A program made the translations under genes and the position numbers. Positions 9,622 to 17,888 of a stretch of 64,000 nt of DNA are shown one piece after another (positions within the stretch are counted from its first letter, which is position 1; the number at the start of each line of letters is the position of its first letter). Below the pieces are notes generated by a model. The model searched no databases. It saw only the letters and a list, made by a program, of their open reading frames with translations, and was not told the DNA's origin. Source of the stretch: an uncultured Actinomycetota bacterium (lineage in GTDB: Bacteria; Actinomycetota; Actinomycetes; Mycobacteriales; Jatrophihabitantaceae); the NCBI GenBank assembly GCA_963718805.1, contig CAVQZY010000001.1, forward strand, positions 379,672 through 443,671, written 5' to 3'.

Positions 9622-12168
9622 TCACGCAGACGGTAGGAGCTCCACGTAGCCCGCTGTCCCGTGCAGGCGGATCCGCTGTCCGTCCCGGATCAGGACAGTC
9701 GCGTTCTCGACGCCGACGACGGCCGGCAAGCCGTACTCACGGGCGATCACCGCGCCGTGGGTCATCAGGCCCCCGACCTCGGTCACAAGACCGGCGACGG
9801 TGACGAACAGCGGCGTCCAGCTGGGGTCGGTGAACGGCGTGACCAGGATGTCACCCGCTTCGACGTCGGCCTGCGCCATGTCCAGGATGACGCGAGCGCG
9901 CCCTTCGATCGTTCCCGCCGAAACCGGCAGGCCCGCCAGCGCGCCGGGCGGGAGGTCATCACGCCGGTAGGTGCCGGTGATGATCTCACCGTCGGAGGTG
10001 AACACCCGCGGTGGCGTCAGTGCGGCGTACGACGCGAACACCTGCTTCCGGTCCTCGATCAGCTGCTTGTCCGCCTCCTTCGCGCGTACGACGTCGTGGA
10101 GCTCCTGGAACCTGAGGTAGAAGACGTCCTCCTTCTCACGCAGCGTGCCCTGCTGGACGAGGCGATCGGCTTCGCGCAGCAACGCCTGTTTGTACGCGAA
10201 GTACCGACAGACCATGGCGTACTTGGGGTACTCGCGATAGCCGGCGAACGTGCGAACGCGGTCGATCATCCGCTTGACCTCGTCGGCCTTGCGCGCCCCG
10301 TCCGGCAGCTCGCGCAGCCGGGTGAGGACGTCGGCTTCCTTCTGCCGGGCCTCCTCGAGTCCCTCGTCGAGACGGCGCGCGGCGGCGCCCGGTTCGAAGT
10401 TGCGCACATTGCTCAGGATGGTCGGCACGAGCGTGGCGGGCTGCTCGCTCCAGCGGGGTCGGGTGATGTCGATCTCGCCGGCGCAGCGCATGCCGTACTT
10501 GCCGAGGTAGCTCCGGATGCCCGCTCGCGCTTCCAGTCCGCCCGCACATTGCGGCAACTCAGCCAAGAAGCTGTCGTCGGCGCAGCCGTCGCGCTCCACG
10601 TCCTGCAGGAACTTCACGACCTCCGGATACGGGCGGATCGCGTCGGCGAGGTCGAGCAACGCCAGGCCCATCTCTGACGTGACGTTGTCGGGGACCGAGC
10701 GAGTGAGTGTGTCAGCGGCGTTCTTCTCACCGAGCCACTCGTGCAACGTGTCGTTAAGCCACCACGTGGCATCCATTCCTGCCATGATCGCCTGCATGCT
10801 TCGCGGATCGAAGAGATTCGCTCGCAGTTCGGCGCGGATGTCGTTCAGGATGAACTCGAACAACGCGGGCCCGGACTCGGCGCGAATGTCGCGCTCGAGC
10901 ACGGCGACCGAGCGCCGCTGGTGCTCGATCAGTGCGGTGACGATGGCAGGGTCGGTCTCGATCGAGTCGACCGGGCTCGGGGTGTCGCCGGGGTCGTCGT
11001 CGGGCAGCGCCTTGATGAAGTCACCGCGGTCGAGGACGGCCTGCAGTGCGTCGCCGATCAACGGATCCGACCTGCCCAGCGGCCCGAAGAAGCGGGCGCG
11101 GCCCTGCGGCGTCGCGAGCGCCCGGGCCACGTCGACGAACAACCTGCCGCCGGCCTCGGCCATCGGCCGCGGCGTCGTCATCTGCCACAGCGACAGGCCG
11201 AGGGGCTTGATCGGGTCGGTCATCATCTGCTGGTGCCCGACGGAGACGTAGACGTGATTCTCGCCGTCGTCGGTCGCCGGGATGGGGAACAGTGTTGTGA
11301 TCGGCCGGCTCTGGACGACGGAGAAGTCGTCGCCGACGCGGCACCACTCGATGTCCTGCGGGCAGCCGAAGTGGGACTCTATGCGCCGGCCCAGCTGCGC
11401 GAGCCGCAGCACCTGCGCATCGGTTAAGATCGGCACTCGGCCGGCGGTCGCGACCGTTTTGGTCATCGCCGCGCCGTCACGCACCTGGTACGTGTCGGCG
11501 TTCGTCATCCCGGACACGAAGGCGTCGCCGAGACCGTGGACTGCTTCGATCCAGACGAGCTTGCGGTTCGAGGTCACCGGATCCGCGGTGAACAGGACGC
11601 CGGCCGCTTGCGCGAACACCATCTGCTGCACGATCACGGCCATCTGGATCCGGCGGTGGTCGAAGCCGTTGCGCATGCGATAGGTCACGGCGCGGTCGGT
11701 GAACAGCGACGCCCAGCACCGACCGATGTGCCGGAGGATCTGCGCCGGGCCCGCGACGTTCAGGTACGAATCCTGCTGACCCGCGAACGATGCCCCGAGC
11801 AGGTCCTCCGCGGTCGCGCTGGATCGGACCGCGTAAGCGGCTCGTTCGCCGAACTGTGCTAGCTGGCCGGTGATGGCCGCCACCAATTCGTCTGGCACCG
11901 TGGTTTCCTCGATAGCGCCGCGGAGCTGCGCGCTCAACGCGGTGATGGCGTCCCGGTCCTCGGGCTGCACGCGTGAGAGCCCATCGAGCAGGCTGTCGGT
12001 CGACGGTGTCTGGGCCATGATCAGCCGGAAGGCATCCGTCGTGACGCAAAACCCGGCTGGCACCTGAATGCCTTCGATATGCGAAAGCTCTCCCAGGTTC
12101 GCACCCTTACCGCCCACCATCGTCGTCTGGGTCCGGTCGATGTCTGCGAGGCTCTGTACGTATTTCAA
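9622..12168 (-). CDS. rph: Rifamycin-inactivating phosphotransferase (PEP synthase-like, Rph)
   Basis: ATP-grasp domain (GGKG, VRSSATAED, QDIEW), central YVSVGHQQMMTDPIKPLGLS and C-terminal swivel His domain GGLMTHGAVIAREYG. TTG start with GAGGAG RBS. Confidence 0.85.
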   Translation of the reverse strand: MKYVQSLADIDRTQTTMVGGKGANLGELSHIEGIQVPAGFCVTTDAFRLIMAQTPSTDSLLDGLSRVQPEDRDAITALSAQLRGAIEETTVPDELVAAITGQLAQFGERAAYAVRSSATAEDLLGASFAGQQDSYLNVAGPAQILRHIGRCWASLFTDRAVTYRMRNGFDHRRIQMAVIVQQMVFAQAAGVLFTADPVTSNRKLVWIEAVHGLGDAFVSGMTNADTYQVRDGAAMTKTVATAGRVPILTDAQVLRLAQLGRRIESHFGCPQDIEWCRVGDDFSVVQSRPITTLFPIPATDDGENHVYVSVGHQQMMTDPIKPLGLSLWQMTTPRPMAEAGGRLFVDVARALATPQGRARFFGPLGRSDPLIGDALQAVLDRGDFIKALPDDDPGDTPSPVDSIETDPAIVTALIEHQRRSVAVLERDIRAESGPALFEFILNDIRAELRANLFDPRSMQAIMAGMDATWWLNDTLHEWLGEKNAADTLTRSVPDNVTSEMGLALLDLADAIRPYPEVVKFLQDVERDGCADDSFLAELPQCAGGLEARAGIRSYLGKYGMRCAGEIDITRPRWSEQPATLVPTILSNVRNFEPGAAARRLDEGLEEARQKEADVLTRLRELPDGARKADEVKRMIDRVRTFAGYREYPKYAMVCRYFAYKQALLREADRLVQQGTLREKEDVFYLRFQELHDVVRAKEADKQLIEDRKQVFASYAALTPPRVFTSDGEIITGTYRRDDLPPGALAGLPVSAGTIEGRARVILDMAQADVEAGDILVTPFTDPSWTPLFVTVAGLVTEVGGLMTHGAVIAREYGLPAVVGVENATVLIRDGQRIRLHGTAGYVELLPSA

Positions 12169-12659
12169 TGTCGCAACTCCTCATCCGCTGGTCGGACTTA
12201 CGGCGCGATTGTGCACCAAAGACAAACGCCTCATGTGGGTTGCCAATCCGGTATATCCTGAAGGCAACGCGGTCGGGCGCGCATGGTCGTCCTATGCAAG
12301 ATCTCGTCATTTCCCAGTAACTACACCGTCGACGGCGTGATCGAGGCCACCGAGCAGGTCCAGCGCGATCTGGATGAGGCCGCGTCGCCGTCACGTCGAC
12401 CGATGAGGCTGACGCCCACCGGCAGGCGCGTTCGTTTTCCGAAGCCTGCGGGTAGGCCGACGACCGGTTGCCCGGTCATGTTCCAGTGGCGGCGTCAGCA
12501 CCGTCGATCGGCTCGCGAGGCGTAGCCACGGCCCAAAGTCCTGCGTTGCGACGTTGCCGGCGCGGACGTCGCTCGAAGCCCTGATCGGCAGGCCGCGCAC
12601 CGCGAACCCGTCCTCGGGCGCAATCGGCAGGCCGCACAGCAGGTGGACCGCGCCCGGGC

Positions 12660-12810
12660 CCCCGTCCCGCAGGAACAGCGAATGCGCGGGCGTGCAATAG
12701 ATCGAACGCATGGCCCGGGCGGCAGCAATCGTCGCGAGCTCGAACAGCCGCCGATCCATGCCTTCACGAGCCGTCGCGCTCAGCACGTTCCAGGCCATCC
12801 CGACCTCGGG
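12660..12810 (-). pseudogene. Remnant of carboxymuconolactone decarboxylase/AhpD-like gene
   Basis: MDRRLFELATIAAARAMRSIYCTPAHSLFLRD; boundaries approximate. Confidence 0.5.
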
Positions 12811-12848
12811 CCGGCCTCTCGTCTGCCACGGTGTCGATGAACATGTCG

Positions 12849-14645
12849 TCAGTGTGGCGTCAGGATCCACTCCGGCGCAGTACCCGAAGGCGGCTCATAG
12901 CTGCACTGCGCCCCGGTGTGCACGGCTACGCGCAGGTGTTCGCCGAGCGTCGCGTCGACAGACGCGATCCGGGTGATCGCGGCCGTGATCGCCTTCGTGA
13001 CGGCGATTCGGGCTCGTTCCTGGCTGGAGCCCATGGTGCGGGAGCGACCGCCCAGCCCGGTCGCGGCGGCGAGTTGTCGGATGAGCGCGTCGCGTTCGGC
13101 ACTCAGAAGCGCCGATCGCGCGCTGTCGGACCACTCGTCGGCCTGGGCGAGATCGTCGTCGAGGTCGCGCAACCGCTGCCGGTAGGCGGCGATCGCCTGC
13201 TTGTCGAGCATCTCGCCCAGATCCGATTGCGTCACGTGCCCGTCACCGGCGACGAGGTCGAGGGCGGGCACCGAGCGGCCAGAATGCTCGACGAGTACCC
13301 GCAGGAATCGGTAGCCGCGCAACGCGCGCATCGGGACTGCGGAGTCGGCGACGCCGATCAGCCACAGCCCGTCAGCGGTCTCGTGCAGACGCACCCGCGA
13401 CCGTGCCGTGGCCGGCGGTTTCCAGTTCCGAAGTCGGTCGCGCCACCAGCTCGCACCGATGCGTTCGTACGTGGCCAGGGCCCGGGCCTGCAGCGTCCGG
13501 GCGGTCGCGGTGTCGCCGAGCACGTCCGCCGCGCGGGCCAGGGTGTCATCCGTGACGCCGTGGAACATCACCGCGCCGGCGTTGACGACCGAGCGCCCGG
13601 CGTACGGGCCGAGCAGTCGCGCCCCGGTTTCGATCACCGAACGCTCGCCGGTGAACAGTGCCGCCTCGAGCACACACTGCTGGACGAGTAGCCAGTTGAC
13701 GTCGCGCGGCACCTCGTCCAGCACGTCACCCGCGAACTGCTGCACGAGGCGCCGCGCGCGGTCGCGGTCGCCGGCGCCGACCCACAGGAAGGCCGCCTCC
13801 GCGCATACCGTCGTGGCGCCCTCGGCGAGCGCGAACTCCTCGAAGTACGCGGCGGAGCGTGCGCATGCGGCCGTGTCCCGGGACTGGACCGCCGAGTACC
13901 CGGTCAGCGCCGCGACGACCATCCAGGCGTCGGCCAGACCCGACTGCTGCCCGGCTTCGGAGGCGAGCTCGATCAATCGTTCGGCGGTGTCGGTACGACC
14001 CCGCATCAGGTCGAGCATGAGTCGCCGCGACGCTGCGAAGAACTGGGCGCGCGGCGATTCCTCGCCGAGTCGCTCCAGCGCCCGCATGTGATGGTGCATC
14101 GCGGGGACGTCCAGTACCTCGCACGCGATCTGCAGGCCCCACAGCTGAGCCTGGGTGCGCGCCGTTGGGTCGAGCACGTGCGCGGCAGCCTCGTCGAGTT
14201 GTGCTGCCAACGCGACGCGGACGCTCAGTTCGTCCGGCCCCCAGTGGGTCGCAAGCGCGGCGTCGAGGCAGTCCGCCGTCAACTGCGGGTCGTCGCGGCG
14301 CCGTGCGTGCGCAAGGGCGTCGTCGGCGAAACGCACGGCCCGGGCCGGCTGGCCGGCGTAGGCCCAGCAGCGGGCCAACGCAGCAGCCAACCGGGCCCGG
14401 TCGGCCTCGTCGGTGGTACGGGCCAGCACGTCGTAGAGCTGTGCCGGCAGCTTGCCGGGATCGGTGCCGAACAGGTACAGCGAAGCCGCCCCGAGCGCGG
14501 CGCGGATCCAGCCGGCGAGGTCGTCGTGATCGCGACACGCCGTGATCGCGACGTCGTAGAGGCGCGCGGCCTCGTCTGCTCGGCCGGCCGCGCAAGCTGC
14601 GTCGGCCCGATCGAGCAGCTCGACGTCAGTCGACGATCGGCTCAT
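12849..14645 (-). CDS. Putative transcriptional regulator (TPR-like helical body, C-terminal DNA-binding-like domain)
   Basis: C-terminal GEMLDKQAIAAYRQRL...ERARIAVTKAI...VHTGAQCSYEP resembles large actinobacterial regulators. No Walker A visible. Confidence 0.65.
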   Translation of the reverse strand: MSRSSTDVELLDRADAACAAGRADEAARLYDVAITACRDHDDLAGWIRAALGAASLYLFGTDPGKLPAQLYDVLARTTDEADRARLAAALARCWAYAGQPARAVRFADDALAHARRRDDPQLTADCLDAALATHWGPDELSVRVALAAQLDEAAAHVLDPTARTQAQLWGLQIACEVLDVPAMHHHMRALERLGEESPRAQFFAASRRLMLDLMRGRTDTAERLIELASEAGQQSGLADAWMVVAALTGYSAVQSRDTAACARSAAYFEEFALAEGATTVCAEAAFLWVGAGDRDRARRLVQQFAGDVLDEVPRDVNWLLVQQCVLEAALFTGERSVIETGARLLGPYAGRSVVNAGAVMFHGVTDDTLARAADVLGDTATARTLQARALATYERIGASWWRDRLRNWKPPATARSRVRLHETADGLWLIGVADSAVPMRALRGYRFLRVLVEHSGRSVPALDLVAGDGHVTQSDLGEMLDKQAIAAYRQRLRDLDDDLAQADEWSDSARSALLSAERDALIRQLAAATGLGGRSRTMGSSQERARIAVTKAITAAITRIASVDATLGEHLRVAVHTGAQCSYEPPSGTAPEWILTPH

Positions 14646-14674
14646 CGCGCCTCATCGTAGGGCGGGGCACGGCC

Positions 14675-15085
14675 TCATGGCCGGATCAACCGCACCGCTG
14701 CCGCGTGCTCGCCTTGCTTGGCCTCGTCCCAGTCGCCGGTGCAGTAGATCGACATCTCCACGATCGTGTCGCCTTCGACGTCGGCGCGGATCATCTCCCG
14801 GCAGTACCAGCGCTGGCCCTCGTGCTCCCAGCGTTCCTCGAACTCGATGGTGAAGCCGTGGCCGGTCTGTTCCACCCGCTCGACCCGGACCTGCCCGGCG
14901 AACGGATGGCCCTTCTTCCGTTCTGCGAGAACGTCCGCCGCGTTGTCCATCTGGACCCGCCACTGCGGAAGGGACAAATCGGCGAAAAGGTTCGGCGCGA
15001 ACAACCGGTCTGGAACAACACCCGTCTCGAGGAACCGGATGAGATCGGCCACCGCGGTGCTGGTGTCGACGTGTGCGGTGCTCAT
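14675..15085 (-). CDS. SnoaL/NTF2-like hypothetical protein
   Basis: MSTAHVD...WYCREMIRAD...YCTGDWD; overlaps the cupin stop. Confidence 0.6.
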   Translation of the reverse strand: MSTAHVDTSTAVADLIRFLETGVVPDRLFAPNLFADLSLPQWRVQMDNAADVLAERKKGHPFAGQVRVERVEQTGHGFTIEFEERWEHEGQRWYCREMIRADVEGDTIVEMSIYCTGDWDEAKQGEHAAAVRLIRP

Positions 15086-15462
15086 GCCGTCGCCCCTTCC
15101 GCGGCGAGGTTCTGCTCGACGACGGCCATGGTGGCGGCCAGGTCGGCGCTCGGGCTGAACTCGACGATCGAAGTGCCGGCCGTCAGCAATGGCAGATGCC
15201 CGGGCGGCGCGTAGTACGCATCGCCCGCGACGTAGGTCTCCTCGCGATCCGGCCAGCGGAAGGTGAGCTGTCCGGTGTTCACGACGCCCCAATGCGGGCA
15301 CTGGCAGCGGTCGTCGGGCAGTCCGACGAAGTACGGTGCGGGATCGACGTCCTGCTTGAAACTCTCGAAACCGACCGTGTACTCGCCAAGCGGGGCATAA
15401 CGCCCCTCCAGCTGCTCGATGTCGAGGCCGACCGGGGTCGACATCCGGTTGGTGCTGGGCAT
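15082..15462 (-). CDS. Cupin-domain protein
   Basis: GLPDDRCQCPHWG and AGDAYYAPPGH; GAAGGAGG RBS. Confidence 0.75.
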   Translation of the reverse strand: MPSTNRMSTPVGLDIEQLEGRYAPLGEYTVGFESFKQDVDPAPYFVGLPDDRCQCPHWGVVNTGQLTFRWPDREETYVAGDAYYAPPGHLPLLTAGTSIVEFSPSADLAATMAVVEQNLAAEGATA

Positions 15463-15659
15463 GATGCCCTCCTTCAGGATCGGAATGCTGTCACTCCTGA
15501 AGGCGTGACATGCGCCGGAACGGTCGTGCACAGCGTTGTCACGACGCGTGTAACGCCGGGGCGGTCGGCAGGACACCTGCCCAGACGCGGCGATCGGCGC
15601 CGCGCGCGCGAAGGGGTGTCGCCGTGGTCGCGTTGAGTTCGCAGCAGGAGGCGTTGTGC

Positions 15660-16373
15660 GTGCAGGAACGATGGACATTCACGAACTTGCGGGCATTGTT
15701 CGTGAACTGCACGCTCAAGCGGTCGCCCGAGCTGTCGCACACGCAAGGCCTTGCCGGCATCTCGATGGAGATCATGCGGCGCCAGGGCGTGACCGTTGAC
15801 GCGATCCGCGCGATCGACCACGAGATCGCGACCGGGGTGTGGCCGGACATGACCGAACACGGCTGGCCGGTCGATGAGTGGCCGGCGCTGTACGAACGTG
15901 TCGCGGCTGCCGACATCCTGGTGCTGTGCACGCCGATCTGGCTCGGCGAGAAGTCGTCGGTGTGCACCAAGATCATCGAGCGGCTCTACGGCAACTCGCA
16001 TCTACTCAACGACCGCGGTCAGTACGCCTACTACGGCCGTGTCGGCGGCTGTCTGGTCACCGGCAACGAGGACGGTGTCAAGCACTGTGCGATGAACGTG
16101 CTGTACTCACTGCAACACCTGGGCTATGTGATACCGCCGCAGGCCGACGCCGGCTGGATCGGCGAGGCCGGTCCCGGCCCGTCCTACCTGGATCCCGGGT
16201 CCGGCGGCCCGGCGAACGATTTCACGAATCGAAATACGACGTTCATGACGTGGAATCTGCTGCACCTCGCCCGGATGGTCAAGGACGACGGCGGCATTCC
16301 TGCGCACGGCAATCAGCGTTCGGAATGGGACGCCGGCTGCCGGTTCGACTTCCCCAACCCAGAGCATCGGTGA
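15660..16373 (+). CDS. Flavodoxin-fold NADPH-dependent FMN reductase family protein
   Basis: NCTLKRSPELSHT, TPIWLGE and TGNEDG; GGAGG RBS before GTG. Confidence 0.85.
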   Translation: MQERWTFTNLRALFVNCTLKRSPELSHTQGLAGISMEIMRRQGVTVDAIRAIDHEIATGVWPDMTEHGWPVDEWPALYERVAAADILVLCTPIWLGEKSSVCTKIIERLYGNSHLLNDRGQYAYYGRVGGCLVTGNEDGVKHCAMNVLYSLQHLGYVIPPQADAGWIGEAGPGPSYLDPGSGGPANDFTNRNTTFMTWNLLHLARMVKDDGGIPAHGNQRSEWDAGCRFDFPNPEHR

Positions 16374-16411
16374 GCCGGCGCGCCGCCCGCGCGGCGTGGG
16401 GCCCCTGCATC

Positions 16412-16474
16412 CGACTCTTGCAATGAGATGACCAGCTCCAGGCCCTCAATCTGGTCATCTCGTTGCAAGAGTCG
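16412..16474. repeat. 24-bp inverted repeat hairpin (bidirectional terminator or REP-like element)
   Basis: CGACTCTTGCAATGAGATGACCAG / CTGGTCATCTCGTTGCAAGAGTCG with one G-U position and a 15-nt loop, between convergent genes. Confidence 0.85.
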
Positions 16475-16544
16475 TGTTTGTGGTATCGAGAGGGCCCGGG
16501 ACCGGGAGCAGCGGGGTCACGAACGAGCGAGCGGCGGGCGGACC

Positions 16545-17888
16545 TCAGCGGCGGGCGGCGGACAGCGCGGGCAGCGTGGCCTCGTAGAGCCAGTTCGTGA
16601 ACAACGGTCGTAGCGACTGGGCGGCGTACCGCTCGGCGTGCGCGACGAACAACGCGGTGTTGACGCTGCCGTGGCGATGAGTGGCCACCCAGTCGCGGAG
16701 CAGCGCGAAGAAGACGTTGTCGCCCAGGGTGCCGCGCAGCGCGTGCAGGGTCAGCGCGCCGCGCTTGTAGAGCCGGTCGTCGAACATCAGCCGTGGGCCC
16801 GGATCGGCGATCACGAGGTTCTGCGCCAGGGCTGCCAACCGCTCGTGATGGCGGACCGCGAGCCGCGCGGCGGACGGCCCGCCGGATTCCTCGGACCACA
16901 ACCACTCGGCGTAGCAGGCGAATCCCTCGTGCAGCCAGATGTGCTGCCAGGCGTCCGCGGTGAGGCTGTTGCCGAACCACTGGTGCGCCAGCTCGTGTGC
17001 GATGAGCCGCTCGTCGCCGTCGTCGCCCAGGATGTCGGCACCGAAGATCGACATGGTCTGCGCCTCGATCGGGATCTCGAGATCGTCGTCGGTGACCACC
17101 ACCGTGTATTGCGGATAGGGAAACGGTCCGAAGCGCTTTTCGAAGACCGACATCATCTCGGCCTGGCGGCGAAACCTGGTCGCGAAGCGCTGCCGGTGCC
17201 GTTGCGGCAGCGCGGCCTGCTGCCGGACGGGCTTCTTGGCGACGGTGACGGGCTCGTACTGACCGATCTGCACGCTCGCCAGATAGGTGGCCATCGGCTC
17301 GGGTTGGTCGTAGATCCAGGTGGTCTGGCTGCCGTGCACCGTGTGGGCCAAAAGGCTGCCGTTGGCCACAACGCGATACGGCGAGTCGGTGGTGACGGTG
17401 ATCCGGTAGCTGGCCTTGCTGCCGGGGTGGTCGTTACAGGGGAACCACGACGGCGCGCCGTTGGGCTGGCTGGCCACCAGTACGCCGTCGTTGAGCTCGT
17501 CCCAGCCGAGCTCTCCCCACGGGCCGCGCAGCGGACGCGGGTTGCCCGAGTACTGGATGTCGACGATGAAGGTGGCCCCGACCGGCACCGGCTGGCGCGG
17601 CCAGATGCGCAGCTTGCGACCCCGGGTGCCGAAGCGGTGCGCGCGATGCCCGTTGACACTGACCTTCGCGACCCGCAGGCCTGCGAGGTCGAGTGTGAAC
17701 CGCGACAACGACTGGCCGGCCACCGCGAACAATCGCGCCCGGCCATGCAGCAGATTGCTGCTCATCCGGTACGTCAGTTCCAGTTCGTAGCGGGTGATCC
17801 GGTAGCCGCCGTTGCCGCTGTCGGGTACGTACGGGTCACCGGCCGTGCTCGCACCGCTGCCTGGTGCGTCCGAGGTGTGTGGCTTCAC
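16545..17888 (-). CDS. M1 family metallo-aminopeptidase
   Basis: HELAHQWFGN...WLHEGFACYAE zinc motif and YKRGA. GTG start overlaps the NRPS stop (GTGA). Confidence 0.92.
   Translation of the reverse strand: MKPHTSDAPGSGASTAGDPYVPDSGNGGYRITRYELELTYRMSSNLLHGRARLFAVAGQSLSRFTLDLAGLRVAKVSVNGHRAHRFGTRGRKLRIWPRQPVPVGATFIVDIQYSGNPRPLRGPWGELGWDELNDGVLVASQPNGAPSWFPCNDHPGSKASYRITVTTDSPYRVVANGSLLAHTVHGSQTTWIYDQPEPMATYLASVQIGQYEPVTVAKKPVRQQAALPQRHRQRFATRFRRQAEMMSVFEKRFGPFPYPQYTVVVTDDDLEIPIEAQTMSIFGADILGDDGDERLIAHELAHQWFGNSLTADAWQHIWLHEGFACYAEWLWSEESGGPSAARLAVRHHERLAALAQNLVIADPGPRLMFDDRLYKRGALTLHALRGTLGDNVFFALLRDWVATHRHGSVNTALFVAHAERYAAQSLRPLFTNWLYEATLPALSAARR

Noticed and set aside
9622-12168. Annotation as housekeeping PEP synthase
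   Set aside because: The domain order (His swivel domain C-terminal, no PEP-binding barrel) fits Rph instead.
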